DNA from: Spirochaetia bacterium | GTDB taxonomy: Bacteria; Spirochaetota; Spirochaetia; CAKZLE01 | Assembly (NCBI GenBank): GCA_963677595.1 | Contig: OY782041.1 | Coordinates: forward strand, 352,001 to 416,000 | DNA: 64,000 nucleotides | Reading direction: 5' to 3' | Shown here: positions 1 through 9,783 of the stretch, piece by piece | Numbering within the stretch: the first letter of the stretch is position 1 | How the letters are laid out: every line of letters begins with the position of its first letter | Position numbers and translations under genes: made by a program | Notes under the pieces: generated by a model | Database searches by the model: none | What the model was told of the DNA's origin: nothing | Seen by the model: the letters and a program-made list of their open reading frames with translations, nothing else

Positions 1-1
1 C

Positions 2-559
2 ATGAACGGCGTGAGAGAAATCGAGGTAAAATATCAGTATTGGGACACGGACAGGACCCACATCGAGCAGACATGCAGAAAGCTGGGATTCGTTCACATA
101 AAAACAGTCACTGAACACGATATCTATTATACCCCCTCAGGGAGGAACCTGCTGAAGGAAGGCACCGCTTTTCGGTTGCGGTCAATCATGGAGGGGAAGT
201 CCGCAAACTGGGAAATCACCTACAAAGGCCCCAATCTCTCCCCAGGCGGGCAGGATCGCGAGGAATTAGAGGTAGCTGTCCAAAACAATGGAGCCCTCCT
301 TCCACGGATCCTTGAGCATGTGGGGTTCATAAAACTGGCAGAAATTCATAAAACAAGAGCCTACTTTCACCATAAGGATATTACCATATGTATTGATTCA
401 GTGGTGAATCTTGGCGAGTACCTGGAAGTAGAAATATTGGGGACTGAAGAATCATCTGAGGAAGTTTATAACAAGATAGGCAGCATCATCGATGCATTCG
501 GTTTGGCTCATATGGAGAACGAGCCAAGAACTTACCTGGAAATGCTTCTTACCCCCTAA
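2..559 (+). CDS. CYTH-domain protein (class IV adenylate cyclase / triphosphate tunnel metalloenzyme)
   Basis: N-terminal ExExK motif (REIEVKY), HDIYY, FRLR, ITYKGP, REELE, KTR and YLEVE are all typical of the CYTH/CyaB family. The ORF starts at the window edge. Confidence 0.85.
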   Translation: MNGVREIEVKYQYWDTDRTHIEQTCRKLGFVHIKTVTEHDIYYTPSGRNLLKEGTAFRLRSIMEGKSANWEITYKGPNLSPGGQDREELEVAVQNNGALLPRILEHVGFIKLAEIHKTRAYFHHKDITICIDSVVNLGEYLEVEILGTEESSEEVYNKIGSIIDAFGLAHMENEPRTYLEMLLTP

Positions 560-591
560 TATTTTATTCATTTGTCTGATACGGTTCACTT

Positions 592-1578
592 ATGAGAAAG
601 AAGAATGTACTGATTGAGAGAATGACTCTCTATGATGTAGCAAAGATGTATTACATCGATAATAAGAGTCAGCAGGAAATCTCAACAATCATCGGGGTGT
701 CCAGACCTCAGATATCCAAGATGCTCAAGGAAGCGAGAGAACAGAATATCGTCGAGATCAGTTTGAATTTACCGGTCGATATTATAAGTTCCAACCTTGA
801 GAATCGACTGAAAGAGGTACTTGGCATCTCAAAAGTCCATATCGTGATGACCGATGATATTCCCAAAGAGAATTATGACAAAAGACTTGATTCGGTTACC
901 ATCTTCTTTGCATCATACCTGCTGGACAACATGGTTCGCTTCAAGCGAATCGGTCTAGGCTGGGGTCGGACCCTGTATCAGGCAATCCTGAAACTCCCCT
1001 TCAGCTCAAACCATACTGATACGTTGTTCATGCCCCTGGTGGGAGGTGCCGGTATGGAACCCTGGTACCAGACAAACTCTATCATCGATCGAATCGCTGA
1101 GAAGTTCAAATGTGATACCTTTTTTATCAATGCCCCTGCGTTTGTCCTGAACCCCCTGGTTCGCCAGTATATTTCTGAAAAGAAAAACCTGGGGTTTGAG
1201 ATCAACCAGTGGGAACAGCTTGAAGTTGCCTATTTCAGTGTTGGCGGTTCCCTGCGGTATTCAAAAAGTATCCTTACTGCCATCAGCAACGACAAGATTG
1301 CCGATATGCTGATAAATCGTGGTGCCATAGGTGACATTCTGGGGAATTTCTTGAACGATGAGGGAAACCCAGTTCTTTCGGCAGAAGAGGCGATCAGTGT
1401 CTCCATACCCTTAGAAACATTAGCCGCGGTTCCAGAACGTGTATGCATAGCTATAGGAGAAGAAAAGCTCGAGCTTCTGACCGTAGCTGCCAAGAAAGGG
1501 TATATCACGGAATTAATCACCGACAGCCATACAGCCTTGCAGGCCCTGAAATTGTTTGAAAACACAACCGAGCATTGA
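592..1578 (+). CDS. SorC/DeoR-type sugar-binding transcriptional regulator
   Basis: HTH segment VAKMYYIDNKSQQEIS..GVSRPQISKML, plus GLGWGRTL, PLVGG, GDILG and LITD motifs of the SorC/LsrR/CggR family. Confidence 0.9.
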   Translation: MRKKNVLIERMTLYDVAKMYYIDNKSQQEISTIIGVSRPQISKMLKEAREQNIVEISLNLPVDIISSNLENRLKEVLGISKVHIVMTDDIPKENYDKRLDSVTIFFASYLLDNMVRFKRIGLGWGRTLYQAILKLPFSSNHTDTLFMPLVGGAGMEPWYQTNSIIDRIAEKFKCDTFFINAPAFVLNPLVRQYISEKKNLGFEINQWEQLEVAYFSVGGSLRYSKSILTAISNDKIADMLINRGAIGDILGNFLNDEGNPVLSAEEAISVSIPLETLAAVPERVCIAIGEEKLELLTVAAKKGYITELITDSHTALQALKLFENTTEH

Positions 1579-1862
1579 TGTCTACGTGAGATGACTCACA
1601 CAGCAGGGTTCCGATTCAGGATTACCACACATTTCCCTAACGACATGAGCACTACTTCATTTTTAGTCTCCTCCTCCCTGCACTTGAATCCTGCTCCTAT
1701 TCAGTCTGGACAAGACCGTATTTGATACATAATGGTCAAATACAATCATTATATCCTCACTATTACTGTTCATACTTGTGCATTATACAGCTCATACCAT
1801 AAGGACAATTCAGCTTTCCCGTGGTATACTACCAACAAGAATCACCAGTAAAAGGAGTTGAC

Positions 1863-3983
1863 ATGAAAGATATCGATTTCTCAGTACGTTCCCTCGCCGA
1901 GATCTACGGGGAGAACAGTTTCACTGAAGCATTCATGAAGGAACGGCTTCCATCCAATGTGTTCAAGGAGTTCAAGCGGGTCCAGATGGGCGAGAGCACA
2001 CTGACCCGGGAGACTGCGGAGATCATCGCCAACTCCATGAAAGACTGGGCTCTCGAGCGGGGAGCCACCCACTTCTCCCACTGGTTCCAGCCGCTCACCG
2101 GGCTGACTGCTGAGAAGCATGACTCATTCATCAACCCCTGCAGTGACGGCACGGTGCTGATGGAGTTCTCCGGCAAGGAGTTGATCCAGGGCGAGCCTGA
2201 TGCCTCCTCCTTCCCGAGCGGAGGGCTTCGGGCGACCTTCGAGGCCCGCGGGTATACCGCATGGGACACGACCTCCCCTGCGTTCATCAAGGATCAGGAC
2301 GGGGTGAAGACATTGAACATCCCGACGGCATTCGTCTCCTATACCGGCGAGGCACTCGATAAGAAGGTCCCTCTGCTGCGTTCCATGGAGGCAGTGAACA
2401 AGGCTGCCCTCAGGGTACTCAGGGCATTGGGGAACACCACCTCGAAACGGGTCCACGCCCATGTCGGCCCCGAGCAGGAGTATTTCCTCGTAGACAAGGA
2501 GCTCTTTGCAAAACGGCCGGACCTGCTGCTCACCGGTCGCACCGTCTTCGGGACGATGAGCGCCAAGGGGCAGGAGCTCGATGACCACTATTTCGGCGCG
2601 ATCAAGGAGCGGGTAGCCAAGTTCATGCAGGAGCTTAACCTGGAACTCTGGCGACTCGGCATCTCCGCGAAGACCCAGCATAACGAGGTAGCCCCCAACC
2701 AGTTCGAGATAGCCAATGTATTCTCCACGGCGAACTCAGCTACCGACACGAATTAGCTCGTCATGGAGACGCTCAAGACCGTTGCCAACCGTCATGACAT
2801 GGTAGCGCTGCTGCACGAGAAACCCTTCGCAGGGGTGAACGGTTCCGGCAAGCACGACAACTGGTCGATCGATACCGATGACGGCATCCGGCTGCTCAAA
2901 CCAGGCGAGAACCCACAGGAGGATGCCCAGTTCCTCCTCTTCCTCACCGCAGTCATCACCGCAGTGGACCGGTATGCGCCCTACCTGAGGTTGACTGCCG
3001 CGAATGCGGGGAATGACCACAGACTCGGGGCCAACGAAGCCCCGCCGGCAATCATCTCCATCTTCCTCGGTGACCAGCTGACTGAGATCCTGGACTCCAT
3101 CGTCGACGGCACTCCCTACAGGGAGCGTGGAGGCGAGATCCTCAAGATAGGGGCAACGACGCTCCCTTCCTTTCCGAGGGATATATCAGACAGGAACAGG
3201 ACTTCGCCGTTCGCCTTCACCGGCAGCAAGTTCGAGTTCAGGATGGTAGGCTCCTCGCAGTCCCTGGCAGGACCGAACGTCATGCTCAACACCACCGTGG
3301 CCCAGGTACTGACGGAGTTCGCGGAACGGCTCGAGCAGGCTGATGATACGATGGCCGGGATCAATGCCGTCATAAAGGAGTATTATACCACCCATCGAAG
3401 GGTAATCTTCAACGGGAATGGCTACTCGGATGAGTGGGTCGCCGAGGCTGGGAAACGGGGACTGCCGAACCTGACCAATACCGTCGATGCACTGACCCGC
3501 ATGCTCGATGAGGAATGCGTGGACCTCTTCGCGAACCAGAAGGTCCTCAGCAAGGAAGAGCTGGAGTCACGGCTCGAGATCTACCTCGAGACCTACAGCA
3601 AGCAGGTCAACATCGAGGCTGGGGTCATGTTCGAGATGGCGAAACGGCTGGTCGCCCCGGCCGTGAACCGCTACCTGCAGGAGATCATCACCTCGGTGAA
3701 GGAACTGAAGAAGCTCGGGGTGGAGTCCCCGGAGCAGATGAAGCTCATCCGTACGATCACACAGCTGATGAACGATCTCCTCTCACGTGCAGATGAACTA
3801 TCAGACAGGATCACCGAGGCCCTTGCTATCGGGGAAGATGTGCTTGCCCAGGCGAAAGCCTATCGCGGGCAGGTCGTGCCGGCGATGGCAGCACTCCGGG
3901 AGAAGGCCGACGCACTGGAGAAGTGCACCGATAAGAATCACTGGCCCTACCCCTCGTATGAGGATATGCTCTTCAGGCTGTAG
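1863..3983 (+). pseudogene. glnA: Glutamine synthetase type III interrupted by one in-frame TAG (2754-2756)
   Basis: GSIII motifs [54 protein letters not shown] and DRNRTSPFAFTG. ORFs 1821-2756 and 2763-3983 share a frame across AAT-TAG-CTC-GTC-ATG. RBS AAGGAG precedes ATG 1863. Confidence 0.88.
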
Positions 3984-3990
3984 TAATCAT

Positions 3991-4016
3991 GGAGATCCAG
4001 CGCATGCTGGATCTCC
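3991..4016. terminator. Hairpin between convergent genes (probable bidirectional terminator)
   Basis: GGAGATCCAGC-GCAT-GCTGGATCTCC forms an 11-bp perfect stem. U-tracts are weak. Confidence 0.6.
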
Positions 4017-4025
4017 TGTTCACCG

Positions 4026-4862
4026 CTAGCTGCAGAACGCCGCTTTCAGGGTAGCGGCATCCTTCGCCGCCAGCTCAAGATAATCACTGCCTGCGAACTC
4101 GGGGGCGAAATAGAAGGTCTCCGAGATGAACCAGCCGGTATAATCGAGGGCATTGATCGCCTTTACGCACTTGGCGAACCCGCTCTCCCCCTCACCGATG
4201 AGGCGCATGGGGGTCGTGTACTTGGTGAAGTAGCCGTTGGCATTGCGGACACAGTCCTTGACGTGGAAATGGTCGATCACCTCCGTGCCGAGCTCGGTGA
4301 GCAGCGCATGTGGCTCCCCGATGCCGTAGATCGTGGGGTTCATGGTATCGAAGCAGATCTTTAGTCCCGGTCCCACGATGTCGCGCAGCTCCCGGATCTC
4401 AGCCGGGGTCATGTCAGTCTCCATGGAGAGCTGCACCCCGTTCTCCTCACAGACCTCGATGGCATAGCGTATCGCGTCTGTCACATAATCGTACTCCTCC
4501 CGGTTCATGATGCTCGTAGCAGTCATCATCATCGTTGGGATCCCCATCTTCCTGCAGGATACCGCACCGTTGAGCAGGCTGATCCTCGCTTCCTTCCCCT
4601 CTGCACTCCGCGGGGCTTTATGGATGAATCGCTGCTGGAAGAGCGTGTGGAGGTGCAGGGCCTGGAAGGTGATCTCGTTCTCCTCTGCCGACCGCATATA
4701 GGCATCCCGGATCGTCTGGTTCATGAAGGGGTAGGAATTCCGTGATCCCCCGCAGTCTGCCAGCTGCATCCCCTCGAACCCCGCCTTGTGAGCCATACTG
4801 ATCGCGATCGGTCCCCAGCACGGCAGGGAAAACTCGCATACGCCTATCCTGTTTCTATCCAT
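4026..4862 (-). CDS. Sugar phosphate isomerase/epimerase (xylose isomerase-like TIM barrel)
   Basis: AGFEGMQL, LSMET, ICFDTMN, HFHVKD, IGEGE and YTGWFISE metal-binding pattern. Confidence 0.85.
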   Translation of the reverse strand: MDRNRIGVCEFSLPCWGPIAISMAHKAGFEGMQLADCGGSRNSYPFMNQTIRDAYMRSAEENEITFQALHLHTLFQQRFIHKAPRSAEGKEARISLLNGAVSCRKMGIPTMMMTATSIMNREEYDYVTDAIRYAIEVCEENGVQLSMETDMTPAEIRELRDIVGPGLKICFDTMNPTIYGIGEPHALLTELGTEVIDHFHVKDCVRNANGYFTKYTTPMRLIGEGESGFAKCVKAINALDYTGWFISETFYFAPEFAGSDYLELAAKDAATLKAAFCS

Positions 4863-6379
4863 CTCTGTCTCTCCTTCATAAAATTACAATGTATGTAATT
4901 TAAATATCTTTTTAACGATGTTTTCTTATCGTTATTTGATTATAACCGATTATTACTATTCTTACCACCATATTCCGAATTGACTCATCAGTAGACAAAC
5001 TGCCCTCTTTTATCTAAGATCTTCTCATACCTTCAGGAGCAGGCAGCATGGGAACCATCAAGACCGTCTCCGGCAGTATCTGCCGCGGGGCACTGGTAAC
5101 AGTCTCTCTTCTCTACATGATCGGGGCACTCTCCCCGGCAGACCTGTCATCGGTCCTGGGGATCGGCGGCTTACTGATCATGGTCTCAGCGATCCCCCTG
5201 GTCAAACCCTCCTACGGGCGGCCGGCTGCTGTCTTCATCCTGCTGTCAGCGATCGGATACATCCGGTACGGCATGACTGTAGATGTGGTGACAGCCGGGA
5301 TCAACTCCATGCTTTCGATCGTTGCCATCATCACCGTGCTGCAGCTCTTCATCGTCCCTATCAGGGCTGGAGGCTATGATACCGCCCTGAACTGGTACCT
5401 GAAGAGACGCTTCACCACTGAGGCAGGACTCTATCTCTTCATCAGCCTCATCGCCCATTTCCTGGGAAGCTTCATGCTCTTCGGGACGGTCCCGATGCTC
5501 TATGCCCTCTTCGGGAATTCCCTGAAGGAGATGGTGCGTGAACCGGGCAGGTTCACTGTCACAGCCATTGGCAGAAGCTTCACCCTGGTCACACTCTGGG
5601 CCCCCGGGGCGGTCAGCGTCGTATTGGTGCTTGAGAGTACCGGGGCAGCTTGGACCGCGATCCTCCCATCAGTACTGGCGATCGCCCTCCTCGGGCTGCT
5701 GACCTCCCTGGGCCTGGAGCAGGTACGCATGTTCAAGGGAAGGAAGGTCACAGCAGATGAGGCAGATACCCTGTCGGTATCGAACGGTGACAGCAAAAAG
5801 ATCGTCACGCTCTTCGCCGTCGCCGGGATCCTGCTGCTGGGTATTCTGGCTATGGACCTGCTGGACCTGCTCTCAAGCGGTTCAGCACGTGTGATCGTAG
5901 TCGGGCTGGTCATCGCACTGGCCTGGACCTCCCTGCATAGGAAAGGGGGCAATGTACGGAAACACATCGGTGAGTACTGGAACAACTCGCTGAGCATCGT
6001 ACCGGACCTGACGGTGATGTTCCTCGCGATGGGGATCTTCACCGAGGTCATCAAAACCACCCCGTTCATAGGGAATATTGAAAGCTGGATCATGGAGACA
6101 GCCACTAGTATGGGAGCCTTCTATTTCTTCATGATCCCACCGCTGATCATCGGGCTCTCCCTGACCGGGATCCATCCCTTCATCGGGGTGATCTTCCTCG
6201 GGAGCCTGCTCTCATCAGCCATGCCTGACCAGACCAGTCTGACGGCCCTCGCCCTCCTCCTTGGGAGCGCCATCTCCTATTCCGTCTCACCCTTCGCAGG
6301 CACGCTCATCACCCTGTCACGATTCGCAGGCTGTTCACCGGCGAAGGCAGCATTCTCCTGGAACGGGATCTTCTCTTTA

Positions 6380-7676
6380 GGATCTGTGTATAAATAATCT
6401 ATGCGAATATTTCTGATGGAGCAATGCAGTAATTCCATTCTCCATGAAATTCATTCCTCGTAATATTGATCCTCTCAAGTTCTTCAGCTGATACCTTTAT
6501 CCCTGTCTCATAGATGTTCTGATCCAATTCGCATTGTATCTTCAATCCTGATTCGGTCGTTGTTGACTCAATCAGACTGATTATGACAAGGAGGGTTTCA
6601 AGGGGTCTTCCCCTCCAATTCTTTGAGATGTAGCTAAACATTCGATGTTCGATCTTATTCCACTTTGAAGTTCCCGGTGGGAAATGGGAGACATAGATCT
6701 GCAATCCCGTTTCATTCGCCAGTTCCTGCAGTTCGGTCTTCCAGAGTCTGTTCCTGCTCCCGTTACTCCCACCACCGTCTGCGGTAATGTAGAGCTTTGA
6801 TGCTGAAGGGTACCGACTTTTGCCCATCTCATCCCACCATTCCCGGATAGAATTCACCGCAAACTTTGCCGTGTCTGAGCTGACCCCAAGATTGATGAAT
6901 CCTTCATTCTTCGCTATATCATAGATCCCATACGGTGCAACCTTCCCAAGATCAGGCAGCGGAAAGTCGTGATCAAGGACTTTCACCGGATTCCCTGATT
7001 TAGCATACTCTGCACCCTGATTCTTGAAATTACCCACCAGTTCTTTCTTTTTACAATCAATAGAGATCACTGGTAACCCTTCTGCTATGAATCCTTTAGC
7101 CATCTCGTTGATATGCTGAAATTGCTCATCCCGGTCAGGATGGGGCTTCCCGACCTGCAGCATCTTCTGGTTTAGCTGCATGCTGTAGCCCAAGTCGGAA
7201 AGCATCTGCCTGACCTTGGAAAACGAGACCTGAAAGCCCTGTTTACCGAGGACGTCACTCAGGTTCCTTAGACTTTTTGTCGTCCACAGCAGTGGTGATT
7301 CCGGATTACCGAAACTGCTGTCAGCAACCAGGGCTTCTAACGCCTTCGTGATGCCAGGTTGCGTCTCTTCTATTGGCTTGCGGCCACCACCTTCCTTCCG
7401 AATCCTGGTTGAAGATCTTGGATCAACAGGTTCCCTGATCTCCTTGATCCCGGCAGCAATGGTATTACGAGAAACACCAAGCGCTTTACTGATCTGGGTA
7501 ATCCCTCCGCGACCAATACTCTCAGCCTCAGCTGCAAGATATTTACGCTTCTGACTCTCATCTAGTAGAGGAACTATGGTATGTATGCGTTTTATCGTTA
7601 TCTCATCGAGCATGCACCATTCTATCATGAGAAGACAAAGAAATCAATATTGCTTATGTTATTTATGCACAGTTCC
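6380..7676 (-). mobile_element. Complete ISAzo13-family insertion sequence (1297 bp)
   Basis: Terminal IRs GGATCTGTGTATAAATAA / GGAACTGTGCATAAATAA match at 16/18. A 3-bp target duplication TTA lies at 6377-6379 and 7677-7679. Confidence 0.92.
6399..7628 (-). CDS. ISAzo13-family DDE transposase
   Basis: ISIDCKKKELVGNFKN, ITADGGGSNGSR, HFPPGTSKWNKIEHRMFS and FHGEWNY are characteristic of this family. Confidence 0.95.
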   Translation of the reverse strand: MIEWCMLDEITIKRIHTIVPLLDESQKRKYLAAEAESIGRGGITQISKALGVSRNTIAAGIKEIREPVDPRSSTRIRKEGGGRKPIEETQPGITKALEALVADSSFGNPESPLLWTTKSLRNLSDVLGKQGFQVSFSKVRQMLSDLGYSMQLNQKMLQVGKPHPDRDEQFQHINEMAKGFIAEGLPVISIDCKKKELVGNFKNQGAEYAKSGNPVKVLDHDFPLPDLGKVAPYGIYDIAKNEGFINLGVSSDTAKFAVNSIREWWDEMGKSRYPSASKLYITADGGGSNGSRNRLWKTELQELANETGLQIYVSHFPPGTSKWNKIEHRMFSYISKNWRGRPLETLLVIISLIESTTTESGLKIQCELDQNIYETGIKVSAEELERINITRNEFHGEWNYCIAPSEIFA

Positions 7677-7725
7677 TTAGTACTCCTGCTCGAAGGATTC
7701 GCCGTCCTTACGGTCACGGCACTCC

Positions 7726-7947
7726 TTGTGTAGGGGAGCAGGGACCTATGCATATTTGGGTATTCATCAGATACTCAAAAATTGGAATAGAGATACCTTT
7801 CCGATGAAGCTAGAAGGAGATCCAAAAGCATGTAATGCTATGTATGCCCTGAAGGAAGCAAGTCGCATCGCCGGGGAGCACGGTATATCTGATATGACAC
7901 TGGAAGAGATCAATTCAGAGATAGCCGAAGCACGAAGTGACTCGTGA
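7726..7947 (+). pseudogene. Probable remnant of a small antitoxin (RelB/DinJ- or AbrB-like C-terminus)
   Basis: The tail GISDMTLEEINSEIAEAR resembles C-termini I recall from type II antitoxins. There is no good start or RBS and no toxin partner. Confidence 0.35.
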
Positions 7948-7977
7948 TCAATATCCCTGTATGCCGAACCTTTCTCC

Positions 7978-8820
7978 CTATTTCACTCCTCCGAAGGTCA
8001 ACCCACTGATATAGTACTTCTGAAGCATGAGCGACAGCAGGATCACCGGCAGGATCGCCACGACACCCATCGCCGCCATATAGGTCCAGCCCTGCTGCAG
8101 GATCCCGAAGGTGCTGAGCATCCCAAGGGGGAGTGTGCTCGTATCAGGGGAGGTCAACGTCAGGGCGAACAGGAAGTCATTCCAGGAGAAGATGAATGCG
8201 AACAGGGACGAGGTTACCAGTCCCGGCTTGCTCAGCGGTACCGCGATATAGAGGAAAGCCTGCACGGGATTGCATCCGTCAATGCGCCCTGCATCCTCGA
8301 GGTCCGACGGGATCGACTCGAAGATCCCGCTCATGAGCCAGAACGTGAATGCAGCGTTGTACACCGTATCGATCAGGATAACCGCAGCCCTGGTACCGAG
8401 CAGGCCAAAGTTCTGCATGATGATCCGAAAGGGCATCACCAGGACGATGGTGGGGAGAGCCCTGGTCATGAGGATCATGATCAGCAGCAGCTTCTTCCCC
8501 CTGAACTGGATCCTCGAAAAGGCATAGCCTGCCGGGACTCCTATCAGGAGGGAAAGAACCATGGTTCCCAGCGAAATCACCAGGGAGTTCACGATCCAGC
8601 TGTTTATCGCCATGTTGGTGAAGACATACTTGAAATTATCGAAGATGAACGCACCGAAGAGCTTCGGAGGCAGCTTGAACATGGAGATGCGCTGGGCCAG
8701 TGACGTCGACAGGATCCAGACGACAGGCAGCGCGATGAATGCCATAATGAAGATGATCAGGAGGATCCGGAATATATTCATCACAGACTGAAAAGAATTG
8801 CTTTTACCGACTACCGCCAT
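7978..8820 (-). CDS. Carbohydrate ABC transporter permease (MalG-type)
   Basis: EAA motif IPSDLEDAGRIDGC, FSWNDF, and six TM segments. Confidence 0.93.
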   Translation of the reverse strand: MAVVGKSNSFQSVMNIFRILLIIFIMAFIALPVVWILSTSLAQRISMFKLPPKLFGAFIFDNFKYVFTNMAINSWIVNSLVISLGTMVLSLLIGVPAGYAFSRIQFRGKKLLLIMILMTRALPTIVLVMPFRIIMQNFGLLGTRAAVILIDTVYNAAFTFWLMSGIFESIPSDLEDAGRIDGCNPVQAFLYIAVPLSKPGLVTSSLFAFIFSWNDFLFALTLTSPDTSTLPLGMLSTFGILQQGWTYMAAMGVVAILPVILLSLMLQKYYISGLTFGGVK

Positions 8821-8821
8821 C

Positions 8822-9712
8822 TCAGGACTCCTTGTTCTCGTAGATGAATCGTATGAAGAAGACGCCGACGATCACACCGATGATCAGCAGCACATTTGAC
8901 AAGGCCGCAGCGTACCCGATCCGCAGCTGGTTCATCCCGACCTCATAGATCCTGAGGTTCGCGACCGTGGTCGAAGTACCGGGGCCGCCCCCGGTGATTG
9001 CCCAGATGATGTCGAAGACCTTCAGGGCATCAAGGGAACGGATGAGCAGCGCGACAAGCAGCGTCGGCCGCAGGAGCGGCAGCGTGATTCTGAAGAAAAG
9101 CGGGATCTCCCCTGCCCCGTCGATCCTTGCTGCCTCGTAGGGTTCGGAGGGCAGACTCTTCAGCCCGGCGAGTATGATGATCACCATCAGGGGTGTCCAT
9201 TCCCAGATGTCTACCGCGATGACGGCACCAAGGGCGAGGGACCGTTCAACGATGAGCCCCCTCCCGATATCGATGCCCAGCTTCCGGAGGTAATAGGTGA
9301 TCATGCCGAGATCCGGGTGGTAGAGGGACTTCCATACGAGCCCTGCCACCAGAGGGGTGAATACCGTGGGGATCAGGATGAATGTCCTGATGGCCTCCAT
9401 CACGGCATTCTCATGGTTCAGGAGAAAGGCTATGAGCATGCCGAACAGCACCTCTATCGTGACCGCGAAAAAGACGAAGACCAGCGTGGTGATCAGGGAC
9501 TTCAGGAACTGGGTATCCGCGAGCATCTCACGGTAGTTGTCCAGTCCATTGAACACCGGGGTCCTGCCCAGTTTCAGATCAAAGAACCCGATGAAGATGT
9601 TGTACAGCACAGGGTAGAGAAAGAAGATCATCATGTACAGGATGATAGGCACGAGAAACCACATGAGGCTTTTCTTCTTCTTGTCGATGGATAGCAGGGA
9701 GCTGATGGTCAT
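8822..9712 (-). CDS. Carbohydrate ABC transporter permease (MalF-type)
   Basis: YEAARIDGA, DIWEWTP and TGGGPG motifs. ATG 9712 follows GGAGGA. Confidence 0.93.
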   Translation of the reverse strand: MTISSLLSIDKKKKSLMWFLVPIILYMMIFFLYPVLYNIFIGFFDLKLGRTPVFNGLDNYREMLADTQFLKSLITTLVFVFFAVTIEVLFGMLIAFLLNHENAVMEAIRTFILIPTVFTPLVAGLVWKSLYHPDLGMITYYLRKLGIDIGRGLIVERSLALGAVIAVDIWEWTPLMVIIILAGLKSLPSEPYEAARIDGAGEIPLFFRITLPLLRPTLLVALLIRSLDALKVFDIIWAITGGGPGTSTTVANLRIYEVGMNQLRIGYAAALSNVLLIIGVIVGVFFIRFIYENKES

Positions 9713-9728
9713 TTGATCCTCCGACAAA

Positions 9729-9754
9729 GCCGGATGATGAAAAAGTCATCCGGC
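9729..9754 (-). terminator. Stem-loop after the solute-binding protein gene (mRNA stabiliser or partial terminator)
   Basis: GCCGGATGA...TCATCCGGC inverted repeat between the SBP and permease genes. Confidence 0.55.
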
Positions 9755-9783
9755 TCTGTTCTTAGTTCTTCAGTTGTAATGAG

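Larger units (their letters stand above)
5048..7733 (+). pseudogene. Multi-pass membrane protein (putative transporter) disrupted near its 3' end by an ISAzo13-family element
   Basis: The ORF has many hydrophobic segments. Removing 6380-7679 restores ...WNGIFSL-VLLLEGFAVLTVTALLV* ending at TAG 7731-7733. The present ORF stops at 6397, inside the IS inverted repeat. Confidence 0.8.
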
